From the NCBI GenBank assembly GCA_963663475.2, contig CAXXJV010000001.1:992001-1056000 (forward strand): a stretch of DNA of 64,000 nt, written 5' to 3'. Below the pieces are notes generated by a model that searched no databases, had not been told where the DNA came from, and worked only from the letters and a program-made list of their open reading frames with translations. The position numbers and the translations under genes are program-made. This document shows positions 18,386 through 27,788 of this stretch, in pieces (the first letter of the stretch is position 1; the number at the start of each line of letters is the position of its first letter). The stretch comes from Candidatus Cloacimonadales bacterium. Its GTDB lineage: Bacteria > Cloacimonadota > Cloacimonadia > Cloacimonadales > JAFGVF01.

Positions 18386-19714
18386 ATGAGTTTAAAAACA
18401 TTTATGGGTGGAGCACATCCTCATGATTTTAAAGAGTTTTCAAAAGATGCTTTCATCGAAGAATTTCCCCTCCCTAAAAAGGTAATTATTCAATTATCTC
18501 AGCACATTGGTGCTCCTTCAAAACCAATAGTAAAAGTTGGTGATGAAGTTAAAACAGGACAAGTAATAGCAGAAGCAGGTGGATTTGTTTCCATACCTAT
18601 GCATTCTTCTATTACCGGGAAAGTAACAAAGATTGCGAAGTTTCCACACCCAACTGGAAATAGTCAGATGGCTATTGAAATAACAGGTGATGGAAAAACA
18701 GATGAATGGGTAGAGCTAATAGATGAGAAGGATTACTTATCGCTTAGTTCAGAAGAGATGAAAAAGAGAATACTTGAAGCAGGTGTTTGTGGGATGGGAG
18801 GAGCAGGATTTCCTACTCATGTAAAGCTTTCCCCACCAGCAGACAAACCAATAGACACAGTAATTCTCAATGGTGTAGAGTGCGAGCCATTCCTTACAGC
18901 TGATTACAGGATAATGTTAGAGCAAGCAGAGGACATAATAAAGGGACTCAAGGCTATCATGAAGATAGTCAAGGCAGAGAGAGGTATAATAGGAATAGAG
19001 TCTAACAAGCCAGATGCGATAAAGCACATATCTAATTTAGTTAGCAAAGAGAGTAATATTGAAGTAGTTTCTTTAAAGGTTAAGTATCCCCAAGGGGCAG
19101 AGAAACAGCTTATTTATGCTTCTACCAAACGCAAGGTACCAAACAAGGGTGGACTTCCTATGGAAGCAAAAGTAGTGGTTCAGAATGTTGGAACTGCTAT
19201 TGCTGTCTATGAAGCTATTGCCAAGAAGAAGCCATTAATAGAGAGGGTAATCACTGTTACTGGTAGAATAGTAAAAAATCCTAAGAACTACCGGGCAAGG
19301 ATAGGAACATTATATTCTGAATTATTAGAAGTTTCTGGTGGTGTTAGTGAAGAGATAGGTTCAGTAATTTCTGGCGGACCTATGATGGGATTTGCAATTC
19401 CAACTTTAGAAACCCCAATGACTAAAGGTTCTTCTGGTTTATTATTATTCAACAAAAAGCAAGCCAAGCGTAATCAAGAACAAAATTGTATTTCCTGTGC
19501 TGGTTGTGTCAATGTATGCCCAATGAATCTTATTCCTAATATGATAGTAAGAGGAACAAAGTATAGCGATTGGGCAATGACAGAAAAGGCAGGTGCAATG
19601 GATTGTATGCGTTGTGGAACTTGTGCTTATGTATGTCCTGCTAACATTAATATTCTTCAGTATGTAGATATAGCTAAGGCGAAAATCTTTGAAGAAAGAA
19701 AAAAGTCTAAATAG
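18386..19714 (+). CDS. rnfC: Rnf complex subunit C
   Basis: QHIGAP, GMGGAGFPTHVK, NGVECEP, YPQGAEKQLI, GGPMMG, two CxxCxxCxxxCP motifs. Confidence 0.95.
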   Translation: MSLKTFMGGAHPHDFKEFSKDAFIEEFPLPKKVIIQLSQHIGAPSKPIVKVGDEVKTGQVIAEAGGFVSIPMHSSITGKVTKIAKFPHPTGNSQMAIEITGDGKTDEWVELIDEKDYLSLSSEEMKKRILEAGVCGMGGAGFPTHVKLSPPADKPIDTVILNGVECEPFLTADYRIMLEQAEDIIKGLKAIMKIVKAERGIIGIESNKPDAIKHISNLVSKESNIEVVSLKVKYPQGAEKQLIYASTKRKVPNKGGLPMEAKVVVQNVGTAIAVYEAIAKKKPLIERVITVTGRIVKNPKNYRARIGTLYSELLEVSGGVSEEIGSVISGGPMMGFAIPTLETPMTKGSSGLLLFNKKQAKRNQEQNCISCAGCVNVCPMNLIPNMIVRGTKYSDWAMTEKAGAMDCMRCGTCAYVCPANINILQYVDIAKAKIFEERKKSK

Positions 19715-19723
19715 GAGTGAATA

Positions 19724-20812
19724 ATGTCGAATAATATATATAAAGTATCCCCTGCTCCTCATTTACACGAGCATCAATCAACTTCTAATATCATGTGGAT
19801 GGTAGTAATTGCCTTACTTCCTGCTTTAGGAGTCGGAACTTATTTTTATGGAATAAAAGCTTTTTTACTAACACTAGTTGGAGGATTAGTAGCTGTTGTT
19901 TGTGAAGCTTTGATACAGAAATGGAGAAAAGTGCCAATTACTATTTCTGATGGTTCAGCCTTTCTGACAGGTCTTTTAGTTTCCTTTAATATTCATGCAA
20001 ATGCTCCTTATTGGTTACCTATTGTTGGTTCTATATTTGCTATTGCAGTGGGAAAACAAGTCTTTGGTGGTTTAGGAAATAATCCTTTAAATCCTGCTCT
20101 ATTAGGAAGAGCCTTCTTACTTGCTTCTTGGCCTACTCTCATGACTGATGGTTGGAAGCATACTATAAAAAATTCTATTTCTGGTATTTCAGAAACAACT
20201 ATGGCTAATGTGCAAAATATGTCTAACATTGCCTACACTAAGATTACTTCTGCTACTCCTTTAAATGTCATTAAATCTATTAGGGATGTTGAAATGTTCA
20301 CTGATGCTAGTGATCCTGCTTTAGTGCAAGATACTATTTTTAATGGTTTACTTGACTGGACATCTTTGGGAAATCTTTTAACTGGAAATATTGGTGGTTG
20401 TATTGGTGAAGTTTCTGCCCTTGCTCTTATCATTGGAGGAATCTTCTTAATGGCTAAACATATTATTGATTGGAGAATACCTTTCTCTTATGTGGGAAGT
20501 GTCTTTGTACTTGCTTGGGCTTTTGGTGGTATGAATGGTCTTTTCTCTGCAGGAATCCAACTTCCTCTTTTTCATATTCTTTCTGGTGGACTCATGCTGG
20601 GTGCTTTCTTTATGGCAACAGACTATGTATCAACGCCAGTTACTAAGCGAGGAAGAATAATCTTTGGTTTGGGTTGTGGAGTCTTGACTATTACTATCAG
20701 GCTGGTTGGTGGTTATCCAGAGGGTGTATCTTACTCTATCCTCTTGATGAACCTTGCTACTCCACTTATTGATAAATGGACTATGCCTAAAGCTTTCGGA
20801 GAGGTGAAATAA
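19724..20812 (+). CDS. rnfD: Rnf complex subunit D
   Basis: FGGLGNNPLNPAL, TSATPL (FMN site), GCIGEVS, FFMATD, GGYPEG. Confidence 0.95.
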   Translation: MSNNIYKVSPAPHLHEHQSTSNIMWMVVIALLPALGVGTYFYGIKAFLLTLVGGLVAVVCEALIQKWRKVPITISDGSAFLTGLLVSFNIHANAPYWLPIVGSIFAIAVGKQVFGGLGNNPLNPALLGRAFLLASWPTLMTDGWKHTIKNSISGISETTMANVQNMSNIAYTKITSATPLNVIKSIRDVEMFTDASDPALVQDTIFNGLLDWTSLGNLLTGNIGGCIGEVSALALIIGGIFLMAKHIIDWRIPFSYVGSVFVLAWAFGGMNGLFSAGIQLPLFHILSGGLMLGAFFMATDYVSTPVTKRGRIIFGLGCGVLTITIRLVGGYPEGVSYSILLMNLATPLIDKWTMPKAFGEVK

Positions 20813-21381
20813 TGAAATATTATCTTAAATTAGGTCTTATTTTATTTGTAACTTGTGCCATTGCTACTGGAATCTTAGCATATTTGAATGGCTTAACTGC
20901 TCCTATGATTAAAGACGTTAAGGATAAAGAAGCTAAAGAAGCTAGATTAGAAGTTACTAAAGTGGATGAAAATGATTCAAATGATTATAGTTTCCAAGCT
21001 AAATTCTTGCAACTTGATATCAAGGGTGATTCACTTTATTATTATGTTGCCTATGACCAAAATAATGACAAGGTTGGATACGTTCTTACTGCGACTAAGT
21101 ACGGCTATTCTTCCAATGTTAAGACTGTTGTGGGACTTACTCAAGATTTCAAAATAAAGAAGATTAAAGTGATTGACCAAGCAGAAACTCCTGGACTTGG
21201 TGCTAAATGTGTTAACCCTGATTTTGCTCCTCGCTTTGCTAACTTAGGACTTGATGATCTTAAAGTTGATAAAGATGGAGGAAAGATTCAATCTATTACT
21301 GGTGCTACAATTACTACAAGAACTATCAGCAATTCAATCAAAGAATCTCTGCAACTTCTTAGGGAAAAGGAGGCTAACTAA
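20812..21381 (+). CDS. rnfG: Rnf complex subunit G
   Basis: N-terminal TM helix, ETPGLG, ITGAT FMN motif. Confidence 0.93.
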   Translation: MKYYLKLGLILFVTCAIATGILAYLNGLTAPMIKDVKDKEAKEARLEVTKVDENDSNDYSFQAKFLQLDIKGDSLYYYVAYDQNNDKVGYVLTATKYGYSSNVKTVVGLTQDFKIKKIKVIDQAETPGLGAKCVNPDFAPRFANLGLDDLKVDKDGGKIQSITGATITTRTISNSIKESLQLLREKEAN

Positions 21382-21980
21382 TGACTGCTATGAAAGAATT
21401 TACTAAAGGATTCATCAAGGAAAACCCTGTTTTTATCTTGGTTTTAGGTATGTGTCCTACTTTGGCTGTTACCTCTTCTGTTAAGGATGCTTTAGGAATG
21501 GGGCTATCTGCTACTTTCGTTCTGCTTTGCTCCAATATAATAGTTTCTTTAATCAAGGGAATCGTGCCTACTAAAATCAGAATTCCTATGTTTATCGTGG
21601 TGATTGCTACCTTCGTGACTATCGTTGATATGGCTATGGCAGCTTTCATGCCTCCACTTCATAAATCATTAGGACTCTTCATTCCTCTAATAGTGGTGAA
21701 TTGTATTATCCTTGGAAGAGCTGAAGCTTTTGCTTCAAAAAATAATATCTTTATGTCTATTATGGATGCTTTAGGAATGGGACTTGGCTTTACCTTTGCT
21801 TTGGTAGTGCTTGGTGCTATCAGAGAAATTCTTGGTGCAGGAAAATTCCTTGGAATACCTGTCCTTCCTCAAGCCTACCAAGACAATCCTATGTTGGTTG
21901 CTATTCTTGCTCCAGGTGCATTCATTACACTAGGTTTCATTTTAGCTGTTATTAATCTACTTAACAAAAGGGGTAAATAA
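21381..21980 (+). CDS. rnfE: Rnf complex subunit E
   Basis: LGMCPTLAVT, IPLIVVNCIILGRAE. Confidence 0.95.
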   Translation: MTAMKEFTKGFIKENPVFILVLGMCPTLAVTSSVKDALGMGLSATFVLLCSNIIVSLIKGIVPTKIRIPMFIVVIATFVTIVDMAMAAFMPPLHKSLGLFIPLIVVNCIILGRAEAFASKNNIFMSIMDALGMGLGFTFALVVLGAIREILGAGKFLGIPVLPQAYQDNPMLVAILAPGAFITLGFILAVINLLNKRGK

Positions 21981-22579
21981 TGGAATTTTTAAGTCAAATT
22001 ATGATCATGGCTGTCGGTGCCATATTTATAAATAACTTCGTTTTAGCTAAGTTTCTTGGAATCTGTCCTTACCTTGGTGTTTCCAAAAAGTTGGATTCTG
22101 CTTTGGGTATGGGAATGGCTGTTATCTTTGTCATGACAATGGCTTCAGCTTTCACTTGGCTAATTCAAACTTATCTGCTGGTTCCTTTTAATATTGAATA
22201 CTTGCAGACTATTGCCTTTATTCTTACAATCGCTTCTTTAGTGCAATTTGTGGAAATGGTCATTCAAAAGAATGCTCCTGCCCTCTATAAATCACTGGGT
22301 GTTTTCCTTCCTCTTATCACTACCAATTGTGCAGTTCTTGGTGTGGCTATTCTTAACCTGACTGCTGATAACGGACTTCCTTATAACTTCGGTTTCTCTA
22401 TTCTTAATGGTTTCTTCTCGGGTGTAGGATTTACTCTTGTGCTTGTGTTGATGGCTGGAATTAGAGAAAAACTCGAATACGCTGAACTTCCTGCTTCCAT
22501 GAAAGGTATGCCTATTGCCCTTATTATTGCTGGCTCTATGGCTCTTGCTTTTCTTGGTTTTGCCGGACTTAAGTTTTAA
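21980..22579 (+). CDS. rnfA: Rnf complex subunit A
   Basis: FLGICP, LPLITTNCAVLG. Confidence 0.95.
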   Translation: MEFLSQIMIMAVGAIFINNFVLAKFLGICPYLGVSKKLDSALGMGMAVIFVMTMASAFTWLIQTYLLVPFNIEYLQTIAFILTIASLVQFVEMVIQKNAPALYKSLGVFLPLITTNCAVLGVAILNLTADNGLPYNFGFSILNGFFSGVGFTLVLVLMAGIREKLEYAELPASMKGMPIALIIAGSMALAFLGFAGLKF

Positions 22580-22597
22580 GGTCAATAAGGAGATATT

Positions 22598-23590
22598 ATG
22601 TTAGAAAGTATTTTAGTTCCCATTGGTGTTGTTGGAGGATTAGGGCTTCTTTATGGACTTGGCTTGGCTGTTGCTTCTAAGAAATTCCATGTGGAAGTTG
22701 ATGCAAGAGTTGAACAGATTATGGAAGTTTTACCCGGTGCTAATTGTGGTGCTTGTGGAAAGCCTGGATGTGCTGGCTATGCAGAAGCTATCGTAAATGA
22801 AGGTGCTCCTATTAATGCTTGTGCTCCTGGAGGTGCCGATACAGTTGCTATGATTGCTGGGATTATGGGTCAGACTGCTTCTGCAGGTGAAAAGAAAGTT
22901 GCTTATATTCATTGTGCTTCTGGTGGGAGAAAAACTACAAAACTTAAGTATGAATATCAGGGGATTGAGACATGTAAGGCAGCGGTGAATGTGTCTTCAG
23001 GTCCTAATCTTTGTACATATGGTTGTGTAGGATTGAATGATTGTTTTGAGGCATGCCCATTTGATGCTATTATAATAGATGAGGATAATCAAAGAATTAT
23101 AGATGAAGATAAATGTACTGCTTGTGGGGCATGTGTTAAGGCTTGTCCACGGAATCTAATTGAGCTTATACCTGAAAGTAAGATAGTAAGAATAGACTGT
23201 TCTTCTCACGATTTTGGTGCTGTTCCGAAGCAGGTTTGTGGTGCAGGACATCCTTGTATCGGTTGTGGGATATGTGCTAAGAATTGTCCTGTTGATGCTA
23301 TTAGTATGGAAGGGCAGTTGGCAGTAATCGATTATGAGAAGTGTATTAATTGTGGAATCTGTGCGACAAAATGTCCGACAAAGGCAATTGAAGATGCTCT
23401 TAAAGGAATGCGTAAGAAAGCTGAAATAATCGATGAGAAGTGTATCGGCTGTACTATTTGTGCGAAGAAATGCCCAGTTGGAGCTATCACTGGTAATCTT
23501 AAAGAAGTTCATCATGTTGACCAAGATAAATGCGTTGGCTGTGGTATCTGCGAGGAGAAATGCCCTAAAGATGCTATTGTGATGAAGTGA
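22598..23590 (+). CDS. rnfB: Rnf complex subunit B (polyferredoxin type)
   Basis: LPGANCGACGKPGC plus several CxxCxxCxxxCP ferredoxin motifs. Confidence 0.95.
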   Translation: MLESILVPIGVVGGLGLLYGLGLAVASKKFHVEVDARVEQIMEVLPGANCGACGKPGCAGYAEAIVNEGAPINACAPGGADTVAMIAGIMGQTASAGEKKVAYIHCASGGRKTTKLKYEYQGIETCKAAVNVSSGPNLCTYGCVGLNDCFEACPFDAIIIDEDNQRIIDEDKCTACGACVKACPRNLIELIPESKIVRIDCSSHDFGAVPKQVCGAGHPCIGCGICAKNCPVDAISMEGQLAVIDYEKCINCGICATKCPTKAIEDALKGMRKKAEIIDEKCIGCTICAKKCPVGAITGNLKEVHHVDQDKCVGCGICEEKCPKDAIVMK

Positions 23591-23602
23591 AAAAAGAAAG
23601 AT

Positions 23603-23676
23603 TCACACGAAGACACGAAGTCACGAAGGAATTGAGAATTGAGAAGTGAGAGTTGAGAATTGAGAATTGAGAATTA
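23603..23676. repeat. Short tandem repeats (CACGAAG units and TTGAGAA heptamers)
   Basis: CACACGAAGACACGAAGTCACGAAG followed by about six (T)TGAGAA units; same motifs at 29112-29184. Confidence 0.8.
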
Positions 23677-23743
23677 CTGGGAAGATGGACATCTTTGTTC
23701 CGCAAATAAAATAATAATAGAAAAATAATAAATACTTAAAATG

Positions 23744-23780
23744 AAACCCCTTCTGCTTTTAGAGGGGGTTGCTTTTTTTT
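23744..23780 (+). terminator. Terminator after rnf operon
   Basis: AACCCCTTCT...AGAGGGGGTT followed by T8. Confidence 0.7.
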
Positions 23781-24079
23781 GGGGATGGTTTTATAATAAA
23801 AAGGATCTCTTTTAAGTAGAGTGGGTACTACTATAATACTAAAAAAATACTAGAATTTTTAGATTTCGTTTTTACACAGTCTGTCCCGCGACACAATAAC
23901 GTAAGCACTTGATTTCTGCATAAACGCGGGCTGGAATCCCGCGACCCAAATACGGGCAGACTTTTAGCAAGCTAATTTTTTCCTAAACTCTGTGTAACTC
24001 TGTGGTCTCTGTCAATGGAAGTTTAAACTGGTACACTTTTGGAAGTCATAACTGGTACACTGTTGTAAACATTTTTTTT

Positions 24080-24808
24080 CTACATTTTTCCTTTCATTCG
24101 ATAGCTATTTCCATCGATCAGGATAGTTTCAGCATGATGGACTAATCTGTCGACTATTGCTGTAGTGATAACATTATCTCCAAAAGATTCTCCCCATTCT
24201 TGAAAAAGTCTGTTTGAGGTTATTATGACTGATCTGAATTCATAAAGTTCATTAACAAGCTTAAAGAATAAACTTGCATTAACTGCCTTAATAGGTAAAT
24301 ATCCTATTTCATCAATAATGATTAAATCATTTTTTACTAATTTAGATATCCACTTTTTAAAATCATTTTCATTATTGGCTATAATCATTTCATCGATTAA
24401 TTCATTCATATTGTAAAATATTACCTTGTATCCTTTCAAAATAGCTTCATATCCCAAGGCAATAGATATATGCGTCTTACCAACCCCTGGAGGTCCCATT
24501 AATATTTTGTTTTCTCTGTTATCGATCCAATTAAACTCCTTCCACTCTGTTATCATTCTTTTAGTTACTGAATGCTGATATTTAAAATCGAACTCATCAA
24601 AATTCTTTAATATTGGGAAATTTGCCCTTCTTAATTGCAAAGATATCAATGTCTGATTTCTGCTATTGCATTCATTTTCAATAACATAAGATAAAAAACT
24701 AAGATATGATAATTCTTTATCTTGTGCATATTTTAAATATGATTCTAAATTATTAATTGTATGTCTGCATCTAATTCTTAATAAATTTTTCCTTAAATTT
24801 TCTATCAT
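24080..24808 (-). CDS. istB: IS21 helper ATPase IstB
   Basis: GPPGVGKTH, IIDEIGY, ITSN, AIVDRLVHH, GNSYR. Confidence 0.96.
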   Translation of the reverse strand: MIENLRKNLLRIRCRHTINNLESYLKYAQDKELSYLSFLSYVIENECNSRNQTLISLQLRRANFPILKNFDEFDFKYQHSVTKRMITEWKEFNWIDNRENKILMGPPGVGKTHISIALGYEAILKGYKVIFYNMNELIDEMIIANNENDFKKWISKLVKNDLIIIDEIGYLPIKAVNASLFFKLVNELYEFRSVIITSNRLFQEWGESFGDNVITTAIVDRLVHHAETILIDGNSYRMKGKM

Positions 24809-26286
24809 TTTATTATCCTATCATATATTGATAAATCTCTTTGAATTAAAGATTTTTTAGTGTTTTCTTGATTGTATGAATTAGCCTTTTTGATGTTTAG
24901 CAATTTGTATTTTTTGTTTTCTTCATTAACTATACTTTCAATTTTAGTTGCTCTTATATCTTCTAATTTAAGAACTTTGGAAATTATTATTGACCAATTA
25001 AGATGTTTATTATTATTAATAAATTTAAGTAATGCTAAAAGTTGCTCTCTTGGATTTTTGCTGTTGTTTGAAATAAGAGAATCTAGCAAAATGGAGATAT
25101 TAATCTTATTGGGGAATAATGCCTTAATTTCTTCTTTTAATTTCTCAATTGTTTGAGAATAATCGATATAATGACATTGAGATATAATAGGTCTTCTTTT
25201 TTCTTGTGATAATCTGTGAGAAGCAACTTTTTTTCTACTCTTAGTATCTAATATTTCCAAAGAAGTTCCATTCTCTCTTACATATACACTCTTTTGCTGA
25301 TAGAGATAAGGTACAGAATATTTATTTCTTTTCCAGGATATTAATCCTGTTTTATCTACTTTTCTAAGTTCTTCGATATATAAATTATAGGATCTAAGGA
25401 TCTTCTCTTCTTCTTTAAACATATTGCGTGGAGTTTCATTTAAGGAACTGTGAATTCGATTATTAACCTCTTCAAACCAATCTTTTGCTCTAACTCTTAC
25501 TTCTGACAAACCACTAAAAACTTCACCATAAAGAAAATCTTCTTTTACTTCTCTAACTGCTCTTTCAACTAATCCCTTACTCTCAGGATCATAACCCTCA
25601 CAAGAATATGGATTTATTGATAGATTGTTCATAAATTGGAAAAACTTACTATTATAAGTAACCTCTCTATATATTTCTTTGATTACTACTAGTTTTGTTT
25701 GATCATAAATCATTGTCTCTGGTATATATCCGTAATATTCAAAACATTCTTTATGAGCACTAATAAAATCATCTGTATTATATGGCTTAAACTGGAAATG
25801 CACAAAAGTCATTCTTGAATAGCAATATTTAAACACGCAAAAATATATCTTTTTCCGCTCTTTATTTGATAGTTTAATATAACATTCTCCAGGATCTACT
25901 TGCATCTGAATCCCTGGCTTATAACTTACGACTTTGTAATATCTTTTTGTTGGTAGTTCTAAGCTCTCTTTAATTCTTTTAGAAAAATTAAAAAAACCTC
26001 TTTGACTTATCTGTAAATCTTCATAATCTCTCTTAAATATTTTGTATAATTTGCTTAGTCTCATCTTTGGATTTGATGATATTTTCTGAGTTATTGCTTC
26101 TCTGTGAACTTCTAAAACACTCGGTCTTCTAACTTTTGTTAAAAGCTCTTCTACTTCATTATCAGGTACATTTAAATAGCGTAAAACAGTTGTTTTAGAT
26201 ACTTTTAACTGCTTGGCTATATCTCTTACACTATTACCTGCTTTGCTTAACGACTTGATTGCATGATACACTTTGGCTCCTTTCAT
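24805..26286 (-). CDS. istA: IS21 transposase IstA
   Basis: N-terminal HTH; DDE-type QVD, YDQ, KGLVER; YSVP. Confidence 0.95.
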   Translation of the reverse strand: MKGAKVYHAIKSLSKAGNSVRDIAKQLKVSKTTVLRYLNVPDNEVEELLTKVRRPSVLEVHREAITQKISSNPKMRLSKLYKIFKRDYEDLQISQRGFFNFSKRIKESLELPTKRYYKVVSYKPGIQMQVDPGECYIKLSNKERKKIYFCVFKYCYSRMTFVHFQFKPYNTDDFISAHKECFEYYGYIPETMIYDQTKLVVIKEIYREVTYNSKFFQFMNNLSINPYSCEGYDPESKGLVERAVREVKEDFLYGEVFSGLSEVRVRAKDWFEEVNNRIHSSLNETPRNMFKEEEKILRSYNLYIEELRKVDKTGLISWKRNKYSVPYLYQQKSVYVRENGTSLEILDTKSRKKVASHRLSQEKRRPIISQCHYIDYSQTIEKLKEEIKALFPNKINISILLDSLISNNSKNPREQLLALLKFINNNKHLNWSIIISKVLKLEDIRATKIESIVNEENKKYKLLNIKKANSYNQENTKKSLIQRDLSIYDRIIK

Positions 26287-26378
26287 ATTGTCTCCAGGAA
26301 TTTTTACTTTTTTACTCCTGAAAACTGTACCAGATTAAACTGCCATTTGTGTACCAGTTTAAACTTCCATCTACAGTC

Positions 26379-26604
26379 TCTGTGTTAAGGATCTTTTTCT
26401 TCTCTCTTTTTTTGCTTTGAGCAAAAAGTAATTCGTGAAATTCGTCTTAATTCGTGTTAATTTGTGTAAAGAATCTTCCTTCTTAAAACTCTGTGAACTC
26501 TGTGTTAAGAATCTTCTATCTTCTCTCTTTTTTTTGCTTTTAGCAAAAAGTAATTCGTGAAATTCGTGAAATCCGTGGATAGATTATTTCTTTTTACACA
26601 GTCT
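26379..26604. repeat. Duplicated ~67-bp unit plus TTCGTG 9-bp-period repeats
   Basis: CTGTGTTAAG...GCAAAAAGTAATTCGTGAAATTCGT occurs twice (about 26380 and 26500); ends in TTTTTACACAGTCTG, also at 23869-23883 and reverse at 33666-33680. Confidence 0.8.
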
Positions 26605-26866
26605 GCGTCCACCTTCCGATAAAAGAGGCTTCATTGCCTAATTACAGCAATTTTTACTTATAGACATTTGATATTTTTTATTCAAAACCCACTCTACTTT
26701 GCAGAGAGTCTTAAAATTTTATTGCATCACTTGGTTAAAATAAAGGAAACCAAATATCATAAACCAAAAAATAATTGACAGATAATTATTGAATGCACAT
26801 AATAGTTTTTATATAACATAACTACTCTACCCAAGTTAAACTTAGAGCTTTAGTAATGAGGTTAAA

Positions 26867-27475
26867 ATGAGATACTTAAAATATGCTTTCTTAATTGTTT
26901 TATATTATGTTCTCTTTTCTTTTGCAATTCAATATAAGTTAATCGCTAGCAAGATTAACATATCTGACTTATTTCTCTTTATAATGACATTTATATTATT
27001 AAGTATCTTCTACTATTTTTACTTAAATAAAAAGATTAGGTTTTGGCAGGTGTTTGCTCATGAAATATCTCATATGCTATTCGCTCTCCTATTTTTTAGA
27101 AAAATTACCAGTTTTGTAGTTGCAGAGAATTCTGGCACAGTAGCATATCAAGGGAAGGGAAATTGGATAATTACTTTGGCACCCTATACATTTCCCTTAG
27201 TAACGCTAGTTCTTCTTGCCTTTTCAATAATTGGTAATTTCTATACTATTCCTCATAAAATTATAATCACGATTTCTTATTCTCTTTATTTCTTCAGACT
27301 TATCCAAGATTTCTCATGGTCTCAATCTGATGTTGAAAGAGCAGGAAGAGTGTTTTCCACACTCTGGGTACTTGGGATAAATATCGTAATTTTCCTTTTT
27401 ATATTCTTTTATCTTCAAAACAATTTTGATTTCATTCTTAAACTAACAAAGGGATTTATTCCAAAATTCATCTAA
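26867..27475 (+). CDS. Membrane metallopeptidase, M50B-like
   Basis: Multiple TM segments, HEISH (HExxH), ITLAPY, SD; upstream TTGACA-17-CATAAT. Confidence 0.75.
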   Translation: MRYLKYAFLIVLYYVLFSFAIQYKLIASKINISDLFLFIMTFILLSIFYYFYLNKKIRFWQVFAHEISHMLFALLFFRKITSFVVAENSGTVAYQGKGNWIITLAPYTFPLVTLVLLAFSIIGNFYTIPHKIIITISYSLYFFRLIQDFSWSQSDVERAGRVFSTLWVLGINIVIFLFIFFYLQNNFDFILKLTKGFIPKFI

Positions 27476-27482
27476 GGAGGAT

Positions 27483-27788
27483 ATGATGAACTATCGTTAC
27501 GATTTAACTTTAGAAGAAACAGGTATTCTTGCCCTGGAAGATTTAGACCTTTTAGCAGAATATAATATCGAGACTCTGGAGCAACTTCTTGGTGCTACAA
27601 ATGGTTTGCAAAATATTGAAATTTTCAATGAGATGGATAATAAAAACCACAAAATTGATTCATTGCTAAAGCTTGTCCCTCAGATAATCTTGGAAAAGTA
27701 CCGGAGATTTGAGGATAAAAAAACTAGAGGCTTATTACTTGATGGGGAAGAAGAAGCAGATTTGGAGGATGATAATGAAAGAGAATGA
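27483..27788 (+). CDS. Small acidic hypothetical protein (helix-hairpin-helix-like motif)
   Basis: SD AGGAGG; motif LAEYNIETLEQLLGATN; acidic tail. Confidence 0.7.
   Translation: MMNYRYDLTLEETGILALEDLDLLAEYNIETLEQLLGATNGLQNIEIFNEMDNKNHKIDSLLKLVPQIILEKYRRFEDKKTRGLLLDGEEEADLEDDNERE

Larger units (their letters stand above)
24010..26375 (-). mobile_element. Complete IS21-family insertion sequence
   Basis: TG...CA ends with inverted repeats TGT(CA/AG)ATGGAAGTTTAAACTGGTACAC, internal repeated TGTACCAG motifs, 5-bp target duplication GTCTC (24005-24009, 26376-26380), istA-istB. Confidence 0.96.

Noticed and set aside
23603-26604. Possible CRISPR or guide-RNA array
   Set aside because: Units are 7-10 bp tandem repeats or only two copies; no constant repeat with unique spacers and no cas genes
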